Shown here one piece after another: positions 27,501 through 38,095 of a stretch of 64,000 nt of DNA (its first letter is position 1; the number at the start of each line of letters is the position of its first letter). Below the pieces are notes generated by a model. The model was not told the DNA's origin and searched no databases. It saw only the letters and a list, made by a program, of their open reading frames with translations. The position numbers and the translations under genes were made by a program. The stretch is from Candidatus Spongiihabitans thiooxidans (GTDB lineage: Bacteria; Pseudomonadota; Gammaproteobacteria; Arenicellales; Poriferihabitantaceae). The DNA lies in NCBI GenBank assembly GCA_001543005.1, contig LFLB01000022.1, positions 243,956 to 307,955 on the forward strand. The letters are read 5' to 3'.

Positions 27501-29882
27501 TTATTTGCTCGCATGAATCTTCTCTCCCATGCGTTCAAGCACCGCTTGCACTCGTCTCTGTGTCATGCCATTTTCCATGAACTCTTTCACATCGTTGATT
27601 GCGTTTCTCTTGATTTGTAGCCGACGATAATGCTCATGCTTCTCTACCACATCCTCCTGTTTCAAAATCTCCAGAAGACCGTAACACTGTTCTATGCCCG
27701 TCGTTTTGCCGGTCTTCCAATCATCCTCTAAGATAGTGCGGACGCGCAAGCGCCCGTGGATCCAGAAACGGCTGAGAACTGTCTCCAGATTTTTGCGGAT
27801 GTCTTCTTTGGTGATTTCCACCGAGCCGATTTTATTCAAAACCAACTTGGCTGTCTCGCTACTCGTACAATTTTCAAACCGGGAATCGTTCGGTAGCTCA
27901 AGGCTTCCAGAAAATTTGCAATTAACAAACCGCAAATCACTCTGAGTGCTTCCTTTTGTCAGAGAAAAATCGACAAAACTGGAATCTCGGATTTCCCAGC
28001 CGTTCAGATAAATTTCGCCGAGTGCTCCCCGCACATGAAGGTTCGCGACGCGCTTCGCGCTCCCATCCCCTAGCAGGGAGAGAATAGTGTCGCCGCGCTC
28101 TCTTCGGCTCTCACCGCCCCTGCTGCGGGAAATCACTGTTTTGGCGATAATGTGGAAAAGAAAACTTTTCAGCGAATGCTCAATACCTCTGCCAACGCAA
28201 GCCTTGTGCAAGCCGACAACTTTATCCACATTCTGCATGTCAAGAGCATGCGCCACCCGCTCGCTCAGATGCCCGCTACCATCAGCCTCGGCTTCAATGA
28301 GCACTCTTAAATCTTTGTTTCTCTTGCATTCTTCTTGAAAACTTTGATTTGATTTGCCCATAATAAATCTGCGAATGTGAGATGCTTGCAGGTAGTGACG
28401 CAGAAAATCAATTTTGAAAAGAAACTTACCGGGACGATTATTAATCTCTTCAAGGAAGGCATGATCGGCTATCTTGTCAATATCCTCCGGTTGAATTTCG
28501 CACTTGGGGTCAGTGGCAATGTCATTCAACTCGAACTCGCTTGAAGTAATCGCAATGTTTTCGAACACTTCGTGCATAGTTTCTGCTTCGGTTTGGGTTT
28601 GTTGCCGTTTGTTTTCCCGTCGCAGGATTTGCAGAAAAAACTCCCGGGTAGAATTTTGCTGTGTAGTTTTGTCCGTCATAACAACATAATCGTCGCCGCC
28701 TTTCTCAACCTGATCGGCAATCATCATGGCGCAAGCGGGCAAGTTGAAAAAAGAATATTCATTCGCGTCGTCGCCCTGAGATTTTCGCAAATCGCTGTAA
28801 AACTTCTTCGCCTTTTGAGTAAAATCATTGCTGTTCTCCTTGCCGGAGAAATACTGGTCAAAGTATTTGGAAACGTTCTTAGAATCAAACGGCTTAAGAC
28901 GGAATAGTTTGTGCTCTTTCGCTACCGATTCGTCAATTTCCCGATTCCAGAAGGAAGGCCTGGTTGTCAGCATAATTCTGGTGTTGCTGTCCTTGGCGAT
29001 GCTGGCCAACCAGTTGAAGTTTTCTTGAGGTACAAGCGGCACTACCCCGCTTGATTTTGCTAATTCGTCAAACCCGTCAAAAATGAAAGCGAAATAACCC
29101 AGTTGTATAATTCTGGCAAACTCTTCGCTTCGACGCAAAGGGAATTCCGCTTCGCCGGCTTTCATCGTTAGTAACGAGATCAAGATATCGCCGAGATTAG
29201 TCGCACTGTGTGCTCTTTCGCTCAATTCCCGCCAGTTCGTTTGCCCTGTGAGTAAAAGGGGGACAACACGCGATTTTTTCCACTGATCCGCCAATTCCGA
29301 CGCGATTTTTGCCGCCAATGTTGTTTTGCCGACTCCGGCATCGGCTTTTATTACCACAACACTTTCACCGGTTCCTTTGCCGGAGAGCATGTTCGAGAAA
29401 TTTTGTAGCGACCAAGTAGCACCACGTTCCTCCTCCACTTGCGGTTCCACATAATGTTCCGCCTGAAGATTCTCTATCCGCTTCTTATCTTCCTCAATGT
29501 ACCCTGAGAATATATGCTGAATTTTCTTCCACATTAAATCCTCAAAAATATAGATACGGCCTTCATCTTCCAACCGCTTAAGCACATTGCGCCCGGACAT
29601 GCTTTCTGGAATGACGATGAAGCAGTTCTCCTTAGTGAAAATGCTTCTTGCACCAAGGACAGCGTCCTCAACATTTCGAATATCCTCATCGAGACACCCT
29701 GTCAAGAGATAGACAAACCAGTGGGTATGCTCGGTGATTCCAGCTCGAATGTGAGCTTCAAAAACCCGACACCGTTGCTGATGAAGCCCGAAGTCCTGAG
29801 CGTCTTTCTTCTCCACATCGTGATAGCCGAGAAACTCCAAATCAGTTTCTATCAGTGGGCCTGATTTTCCAGTTTTTTCCAT
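27501..29882 (-). CDS. NACHT-domain STAND NTPase (bacterial NLR-like), N- and C-terminal domains unassigned
   Basis: The track ORF is 27501..29918. I prefer the ATG at 29882, preceded by AAGGAGG. Walker A VVVIKADAGVGKTTLAAK, Walker B YFAFIFDGFDELA, sensor IMLTTRPSFW. A ~170-aa N-terminal domain has no motif I can name. The C-terminal ~370 aa include a possible pentapeptide-like stretch (LRFVNCKFSGSLELPNDSRFENC). Confidence 0.8.
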   Translation of the reverse strand: MEKTGKSGPLIETDLEFLGYHDVEKKDAQDFGLHQQRCRVFEAHIRAGITEHTHWFVYLLTGCLDEDIRNVEDAVLGARSIFTKENCFIVIPESMSGRNVLKRLEDEGRIYIFEDLMWKKIQHIFSGYIEEDKKRIENLQAEHYVEPQVEEERGATWSLQNFSNMLSGKGTGESVVVIKADAGVGKTTLAAKIASELADQWKKSRVVPLLLTGQTNWRELSERAHSATNLGDILISLLTMKAGEAEFPLRRSEEFARIIQLGYFAFIFDGFDELAKSSGVVPLVPQENFNWLASIAKDSNTRIMLTTRPSFWNREIDESVAKEHKLFRLKPFDSKNVSKYFDQYFSGKENSNDFTQKAKKFYSDLRKSQGDDANEYSFFNLPACAMMIADQVEKGGDDYVVMTDKTTQQNSTREFFLQILRRENKRQQTQTEAETMHEVFENIAITSSEFELNDIATDPKCEIQPEDIDKIADHAFLEEINNRPGKFLFKIDFLRHYLQASHIRRFIMGKSNQSFQEECKRNKDLRVLIEAEADGSGHLSERVAHALDMQNVDKVVGLHKACVGRGIEHSLKSFLFHIIAKTVISRSRGGESRRERGDTILSLLGDGSAKRVANLHVRGALGEIYLNGWEIRDSSFVDFSLTKGSTQSDLRFVNCKFSGSLELPNDSRFENCTSSETAKLVLNKIGSVEITKEDIRKNLETVLSRFWIHGRLRVRTILEDDWKTGKTTGIEQCYGLLEILKQEDVVEKHEHYRRLQIKRNAINDVKEFMENGMTQRRVQAVLERMGEKIHASK

Positions 29883-30170
29883 GATTCCTCCTTTGCAGAT
29901 TTTGTTTGGAAACTTCACATCATGCCAAAATATGTGGGGAAATCACGCTCTACAATGGGGTGGTTACACTTTTATTCCCGCATTAGATATGTCATCGGCT
30001 CGCTAAGTCGCCACCTTTTATATTTAAGTTAGAGAGATTAGTTTGTCGCGTCAAACTTAAGATCGCCCGAAATAAATATTTTTCCCACGGACACTTAACG
30101 GGGATACTTCGACCCATAGTTAAAGGAATTATTGTAGAATTTACCCCTTACAAATTTTTTTCTTATCATC

Positions 30171-30560
30171 ATGTCATTGGTATCCGATTTTACTGATTCC
30201 GAGCTGCATAACATTCGTGAGATGCTGACGCAACGATATAAAAAGGATGTGGAGATTGAGCTTGCCGATTGCGAACTGGTGCTGGATAAAAAATCCGAAG
30301 AGGTCACCCATTGTCCAACGGTATTCTGGCACGAAAGAGGCGCCAATTTTGTAGTGTTCAAGGTTGGGTTGTTTCAGTATCGGACGCAATTTTTTTACAC
30401 GCCGCACGAGCAATATGGCACCGGGATTGACCAATACAATGACTTGGACGAGTGTGTCGCTGCGGCACTGCAAACCCAGGCCGATCACGAGCGTGAACGG
30501 CAGGGCGTGGATTCCGGCAGTGCTGGCGAATCGCTGAAGCCTGATGAGACTGCGAAATAA
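30171..30560 (+). CDS. Hypothetical protein, 129 aa, co-transcribed with pfp
   Basis: The ORF stop overlaps the pfp ATG by 1 nt (TAATG). No recognisable motif. Confidence 0.5.
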   Translation: MSLVSDFTDSELHNIREMLTQRYKKDVEIELADCELVLDKKSEEVTHCPTVFWHERGANFVVFKVGLFQYRTQFFYTPHEQYGTGIDQYNDLDECVAAALQTQADHERERQGVDSGSAGESLKPDETAK

Positions 30561-31825
30561 TGAAACCAAAAAAGAACATTTTTTACGCGCAGTCAGGCGG
30601 TGTCACGGCGGTAATCAACACCAGTGCCGCTGGCGTAATTGAAACCGCTCGCAAGAATAAAAATCGCATTGGCAAAGTCTATGCCGGACGCAATGGCATC
30701 ATCGGCGCATTGACCGAAGACCTTATCGACACCTCGCGCGAAAGCGCCGCCGCCATCCGCAAATTACGCCATACGCCGGCCGGCGCATTCGGATCATGTC
30801 GTTATAAACTCAAAAGCGTAGAGGAAAATCGCCGCCAATACGAAAGGTTGATCGACGTATTCGAAGCCCACAACATCGGTTATTTTTTCTATAACGGTGG
30901 CGGCGATTCGGCGGATACCTGCCTGAAAATTTCGCAGCTTTCAAAAACCTTGAACTACCCAATCCAGGCGATACACATCCCCAAAACCGTGGACAACGAT
31001 CTGCCCATAACCGACAACTGCCCGGGCTTCGGCTCGGTTGCAAAATACATTGCCGTATCCACCCGTGAAGCCAGTTTTGATGTCGCCTCCATGGCAAAAA
31101 CATCGACCAAGGTATTTGTTTTAGAAGTCATGGGGCGTCATGCTGGCTGGATTGCGGCGGCTGGTGGCATGGCTTCGGACAGCAAAACTGAAATCCCGAT
31201 CATCGTCCTGTTTCCTGAAATATCGTTTAATCGAAAGAAATTTATGGCCGTGGTTAAACAAAAAGTGGCCGAATTTGGTTATGCGTCGGTGGTGGTTTCG
31301 GAAGGCGTTTGCAACCGCAATGGGCGATTTCTTTCCGACCAAGGTTTGGTTGACGCCTTCGGCCACGCGCAGTTAGGTGGCGTCGCGCCGGTTGTGGCCA
31401 ATATGGTCAAACAAGATTTGGGTTACAAATTTCATTGGGCGGTGGCGGATTATATGCAACGCTCGGCGCGGCATATCGCCTCGAAAACCGATGTGGAGCA
31501 AGCATACGCGGTCGGCAAAGCCGCGGTGAAAATGGCGCTCGCCGGCGATAACGCGGTGATGCCGACCATCGTGCGCCTCAGCGACAAGCCATACCGATGG
31601 AAAATCGGCAGGGCCAGTCTCGGCCGCGTTGCCAATGTGGAAAAAATGATGCCGCGAAGTTTTATCACCGAAGATGGATTTGGAATTACACAGAAATGCC
31701 GCAATTACCTTGCCCCATTGATGATGGGGGAAGATTACCCGCCGTATAAAAATGGATTGCCGGATTATGTTCGGTTGAAGAATGTGACGGTGAAGAAAAA
31801 ACTGAAAACCGAATTTAAATTATGA
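30560..31825 (+). CDS. pfp: Pyrophosphate-dependent 6-phosphofructokinase (PPi-PFK) type
   Basis: 421 aa: FYAQSGGVTAVINTSAAG, IPKTVDNDL, VMGRHAGWIA. The length and the absence of the ATP-PFK GGDG motif context suggest the PPi-dependent clade, and an H+-PPase gene is nearby. Confidence 0.75.
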   Translation: MKPKKNIFYAQSGGVTAVINTSAAGVIETARKNKNRIGKVYAGRNGIIGALTEDLIDTSRESAAAIRKLRHTPAGAFGSCRYKLKSVEENRRQYERLIDVFEAHNIGYFFYNGGGDSADTCLKISQLSKTLNYPIQAIHIPKTVDNDLPITDNCPGFGSVAKYIAVSTREASFDVASMAKTSTKVFVLEVMGRHAGWIAAAGGMASDSKTEIPIIVLFPEISFNRKKFMAVVKQKVAEFGYASVVVSEGVCNRNGRFLSDQGLVDAFGHAQLGGVAPVVANMVKQDLGYKFHWAVADYMQRSARHIASKTDVEQAYAVGKAAVKMALAGDNAVMPTIVRLSDKPYRWKIGRASLGRVANVEKMMPRSFITEDGFGITQKCRNYLAPLMMGEDYPPYKNGLPDYVRLKNVTVKKKLKTEFKL

Positions 31826-32010
31826 CGATCGACAAGGCGCGAAAATTACTCAAGGTGCAAGTCGATTTCGGCGGCTCGTATAACCGTCACTCGGCACAAC
31901 TAATCCTCGCCGAAGTCGTGCGCGAACATGGTCGGAAAGCGGCGGATGATTTGATTGTGGAGCTGGCGTTGAATCGAGTTTTTGATTTTGTGGTTGGGGG
32001 TGATAAATAG
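31822..32010 (+). CDS. Small hypothetical protein, 62 aa
   Basis: ATGA overlap with the pfp stop suggests translational coupling. No motif. Confidence 0.4.
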   Translation: MTIDKARKLLKVQVDFGGSYNRHSAQLILAEVVREHGRKAADDLIVELALNRVFDFVVGGDK

Positions 32011-32148
32011 AATAAGGGCTCTTGGGTTTATTTTTAGTTCAAGTAAATTTTCGAGAATCTCCTCAATACTTTTTCTCCTTGCGTCTTCATGAGCCAATCA
32101 AAACCTGTTAATTCCAACGAAGTGCGGGCAGTGAAAAACCAATCTGAT

Positions 32149-32778
32149 TCAATGGTCCCCGTTATGTGATTTAACTCGTTTTCGGAGCATTTCCTGAAGT
32201 TCTTCGATTGACAAAAGATTCTCTCCTGAATGAAGCATCCTGTGGCAATTTGAGCAAACCAGCGCGATCTCATTTGCTTTTGTTTTTCTTGTTCCTTTCA
32301 TCTCAGAAACAGGGACGGTGTGGTGGGCTTCTATAAAGCCTGCGCCTAATTCACCATACGTATCCAAAAAAGAAAAATTACAAACATCACATATAACTTC
32401 ATCAAGCCTCTGTTCTTTTACTTTTTTTCCAATGCTTGTGTCTCTTTCTAAATGTCTATGCAGCTTGTATTTTTCTTTTCCTTCTGGGTATTTTGATTCA
32501 ATAACTTCAGATTGTATTTTACTTTTTTCTCTATCCAGAATTTTATATCCGCGGCGGATAAAATAATTCTTTGCTTCGCTTGCAATAAAATCATGTGGCG
32601 ACCACTCCTTGCCATCAAGATACTTGTTTGCCGTTGATATTACATATTTTGGTGGATATTTTTTTCTGTCAATTAACAAATCATATCTGACCGACTTTCT
32701 TGAGTTCGGCACGCCCTGCCTGTTAATCTCTTCAACAGCTTGTTGAATGTGGCTGTGCTGTAACCCCTTCGGTATCAT
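32149..32778 (-). CDS. HNH endonuclease with an N-terminal putative DNA-recognition domain (McrA/type IV restriction-like)
   Basis: C-terminal CDVCNFSF...GFIEAHHTVPVSE...ALVCSNCHRMLH (a CxxC...HH...CxxCH zinc HNH). The N-terminal ~100 aa include RKKYPPKYVISTANKY. The surroundings are markedly AT-rich. Confidence 0.8.
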   Translation of the reverse strand: MIPKGLQHSHIQQAVEEINRQGVPNSRKSVRYDLLIDRKKYPPKYVISTANKYLDGKEWSPHDFIASEAKNYFIRRGYKILDREKSKIQSEVIESKYPEGKEKYKLHRHLERDTSIGKKVKEQRLDEVICDVCNFSFLDTYGELGAGFIEAHHTVPVSEMKGTRKTKANEIALVCSNCHRMLHSGENLLSIEELQEMLRKRVKSHNGDH

Positions 32779-32826
32779 ATTTGACTCTGCTTCATAATAA
32801 CAATCAGTTTTAAGGCGACCCGAAAC

Positions 32827-34857
<2,031 letters not shown>

Positions 34858-34953
34858 TAAATGCGCTCCGAAGAAAAACGTTAATCTGTAAAAAAATTGA
34901 CCGCGAACTATATCCGTGATGGGTCTGGATATCAAATGGGGTCGATCGACTGT

Positions 34954-35904
34954 CTATTTCGAAGACTTCCGCGCTCGGGGATGTGCTTTGTCATAGACCT
35001 TGGCAAGATGTTGAAAATCCAGATGGGTGTATATTTGTGTGCTGCCGATATCTGAGTGTCCCAGCATTTCCTGCACCGCGCGCAAATCGCCGCTGGATTG
35101 GAGAACGTGACTGGCGAATGAGTGGCGCAACATATGCGGATGCAGTCTGCGACCAAGCCCTTTTGCTTTTGCCCATTGGTTTAGCCGATATTGAATGCCT
35201 CGCACACTCAACCTTGTTCCATTTTGATTTACAAACAATGCATTTTCCGGCTGCGCATTATTTTGCGGCGGCATATTAGTGCACGGCTTTAGCAACTCGT
35301 GCCGTCTTGTCAACCAGGCTGTTAGCGCGGCAACGGCTTTGCGACCCACCAGGACTATCCTTTGTTTGTTGCCCTTGCCGACAACGATAATTTGGTTTTG
35401 TTGAAAGTCGATGGATGTGTCATTAAGAGAAGCCAGTTCGGACAATCGCAACCCTGAAGAATAAAATAGTTCAAGCATGGCATGATCGCGCAAGGACAAA
35501 ATGGAACTATCGTGTTGCTCAAGCAGCTCACTGAGTTCATCAACGCTTAGCGTCTGCGGCAATTTTTTCGGATATTTTGGGGCCGCTATCCCTGCAAATG
35601 GATTAACCACCACGCCGCCTTGCTTTAACTGGAATCGATAGAACGCCCGGCATGCTGAGAGCATACGCTGTATGCTGCGCCCGGATAATCCGTGCTGGTG
35701 TAGTTTTGCTGGAAAAAATCGCGCTTGCCGGATTGATAACAATGACCAATCCGAAATTTCCTTCTCCTTGGCAAATTCAATTAGCTGCCGCAAATCACGC
35801 CGATAAGCATGGATTGTGTTCACCGATAGTCTTCTTTCGCGCTCGAGGGCATTCAGGAATTGCTTGACTTGACCTTGCAGCCCGGAATCTTGCGAACGCG
35901 GCAT
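34954..35904 (-). CDS. xerC: Tyrosine recombinase XerC
   Basis: 316 aa with the C-terminal catalytic region HPHMLRHSFASHVL...LGHSDIGSTQIYTH, in dapF-DUF484-xerC synteny. Confidence 0.9.
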   Translation of the reverse strand: MPRSQDSGLQGQVKQFLNALERERRLSVNTIHAYRRDLRQLIEFAKEKEISDWSLLSIRQARFFPAKLHQHGLSGRSIQRMLSACRAFYRFQLKQGGVVVNPFAGIAAPKYPKKLPQTLSVDELSELLEQHDSSILSLRDHAMLELFYSSGLRLSELASLNDTSIDFQQNQIIVVGKGNKQRIVLVGRKAVAALTAWLTRRHELLKPCTNMPPQNNAQPENALFVNQNGTRLSVRGIQYRLNQWAKAKGLGRRLHPHMLRHSFASHVLQSSGDLRAVQEMLGHSDIGSTQIYTHLDFQHLAKVYDKAHPRARKSSK

Positions 35905-35907
35905 GGG

Positions 35908-36576
35908 TTATTTGCCGCCCTGAAAATAGCCGCCTGCCAAAAGACCCAATCGGTCAAGAAACATAACCCCGATCCTCGGTTGAAAGCGCGCTTCTGAAGT
36001 TGAACCAAGCACCATAACGCCCTTAATTTCATCTGAAAAAATTAACGGGACAAATGCACAGGATTTAATTGCCTTGAAGTTCTCATTGAACAACGCTTCA
36101 AGTAAATGACTTGAAACCCGGTCATCACAGATACTGCTTTGATGGACTACCCGTTGCCTGACATCGTCGTACTTGGGATGACCGCAGGCGCCCTCCTCAT
36201 TATTCAACAGGATCGCCACATCGTTAATATTGAATTGTCGCTTTACAAGTGCGATGACTGTTTTAACCGCGTCTTTTCTATTTTGCCGACCGCTGAGCAG
36301 ACCAATAGCCATCTCCAGCAAGTCAGACTCCAACCGCTGATTGGTTTTTGCGCTATCAACGATTAAATCAATCTTGGTTTGCTGTTGATTTTCCCGGTCT
36401 TTCCAAACCTTGAGCTGCCTTTCATAAAATGGCGCGGCGCCCCCTTTTTTATCGCGGGCATCGCCAAAATCCAAATAGCGCAACAACTCCTGATTTTCCT
36501 CGAAGAAAGACGGATGTTGCTTTAAATAATCGATTACTTCCTGGGTTTTGATCATTATCTGATTGTCAGACATCAT
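35908..36576 (-). CDS. DUF484 (YigA-like, GAF-like) protein
   Basis: 222 aa: VIDYLKQHPSFFEENQELL at the N-terminus. It occupies the conserved position between dapF and xerC. Confidence 0.8.
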   Translation of the reverse strand: MMSDNQIMIKTQEVIDYLKQHPSFFEENQELLRYLDFGDARDKKGGAAPFYERQLKVWKDRENQQQTKIDLIVDSAKTNQRLESDLLEMAIGLLSGRQNRKDAVKTVIALVKRQFNINDVAILLNNEEGACGHPKYDDVRQRVVHQSSICDDRVSSHLLEALFNENFKAIKSCAFVPLIFSDEIKGVMVLGSTSEARFQPRIGVMFLDRLGLLAGGYFQGGK

Positions 36577-36888
36577 GTTTATTTGAGAAATTGTTTTGTG
36601 TTAGCGACTGATTATACCCTGCAACGGTTATACAAAAACCCAATGGCGTTATTTCCCAGCGTTGGCGTGCGTTTTACTGGATTGTGCGTAAGGCGGTTTA
36701 GCGTTAGCAAAAAATGTTTTTCATCTAGCATGGCGGTGGGACGGTGTTCTTCTTTTCTCGTCATTCTTGAAGTCTTTTATCGGGAATCCAGCAATGCAGG
36801 GTGGGGTTGCAACGGTGCTGAAATCGGGACTACCAATAATTTTCGTGTCTGTATGAGGAGGGTTGCCCCCCTGCATTGTCCGAATATA

Positions 36889-37728
36889 TTAGATTTCTAT
36901 ACTTCCTTCGTAAACCGTATGCACCGTGCCGGTTAGATAAACCTGGGATTCTGCTCCCAGCCAATCAACCCAGGCACTGCCACCGGGTAATACAACTTCA
37001 ACCCGGGAATCGAGCAAGCCGCTGCGGATGCCGGACACCACGGCAGCACATGCACCACTTCCGCATCCCAAAGTTTCTCCGGCACCGCGCTCATAGACTC
37101 GAAGTTTTATTTCCCGGCTTGAAATTATCTGCCTGAACCCAATGTTGGCCCGCTCCGGGAACAGATGATGGCTCTCCAACAACGGCCCAAGGGTCTGAAC
37201 ATCTGCATTTTCGACGCTATCCACCTGAATGACACAGTGCGGGTTCCCCAGGGATAGCGCGCTAAATTCCACCTCCCCGAACTCGGTAGTGGCGTGGTAA
37301 CTCGGCAATTGCTCGGCAACCGTCAATGGTATTTTTTCTGGCGCAAATTCCGGTACGCCCATGGCCACGGTAACGGTATCATTCTGATTCAGGTGTAACT
37401 GTAATGTGGTGGTTTTTGTCTGCACCTCGATAGTTGCCTCATCTGATAATCCCTGGTCATGTAAATATCGGGCAAAACATCGCGCGCCATTGCCACATTG
37501 CCCAACCTCGCTGCCATCGCTATTGAATATTCTCAATCGATACCCACTTTTATTGATACGCTTGCCGCCTAACGGTTGTGCAACCAAAATCTGATCGCAA
37601 CCAATTCCAACATGACGATCCGCGATATGCCTGGCAATCGTCTGTGTCATTTCGATACGCTCAGTAACACCATTAAGCATCACAAAATCATTGCCGAGGG
37701 ACTGCATTTTGGTAAATCTGTATTTCAT
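36889..37728 (-). CDS. dapF: Diaminopimelate epimerase
   Basis: 279 aa: FTKMQSLGNDFVMLN, NSDGSEVGQCGNGARCFARY, ERGAGETLGCGSGACAA (both catalytic Cys motifs). Confidence 0.95.
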   Translation of the reverse strand: MKYRFTKMQSLGNDFVMLNGVTERIEMTQTIARHIADRHVGIGCDQILVAQPLGGKRINKSGYRLRIFNSDGSEVGQCGNGARCFARYLHDQGLSDEATIEVQTKTTTLQLHLNQNDTVTVAMGVPEFAPEKIPLTVAEQLPSYHATTEFGEVEFSALSLGNPHCVIQVDSVENADVQTLGPLLESHHLFPERANIGFRQIISSREIKLRVYERGAGETLGCGSGACAAVVSGIRSGLLDSRVEVVLPGGSAWVDWLGAESQVYLTGTVHTVYEGSIEI

Positions 37729-37749
37729 AATTTTTGTTTAGATTAACTT

Positions 37750-38073
37750 ATGATACAACCTATAATCATACGTTGTGCCATACTGAATAAACCCACACCA
37801 AATACACCTGCTAAAACCGTTCCAGTGAATCACCGACTAAAACCACTTTTTGAATACGTTAAGTCTATGCCGTTTTTACCGAGACAAATTCTCGGTATAT
37901 TACTACTGCTGGGTGGACTATTTTGGTTTTTACCCATACTCGGTTTGTGGATGATACCACTGGGGTTGTTGATATTATCTATCGACTTCCAATGGGCGCG
38001 CCGTGGCTACCTTTCGATCATTTCCTGGTTACGAAAATGGCGTGATCACCGACAACGGAAAAAAGTGGATTAA
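37750..38073 (+). CDS. Small two-TM membrane protein (PGPGW-family-like)
   Basis: LGILLLLGGLFWFLPILGLWMIPLGLLILSIDFQWARR. The true start is possibly at the internal Met (MPFLPRQ). Confidence 0.45.
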   Translation: MIQPIIIRCAILNKPTPNTPAKTVPVNHRLKPLFEYVKSMPFLPRQILGILLLLGGLFWFLPILGLWMIPLGLLILSIDFQWARRGYLSIISWLRKWRDHRQRKKVD

Positions 38074-38095
38074 GTGTGACCAGTCCGTCAATAGC

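Noticed and set aside
36792-36878. Long-range inverted repeat (caatgcaggg ... ccctgcattg, ~66-nt loop) in the 310-bp gap between dapF and the DUF484 gene
   Set aside because: It has only a 10-bp stem plus a few extra pairs, no U-tract, and no recognisable RNA family. It could be a terminator or REP-like element, but I cannot support a call.
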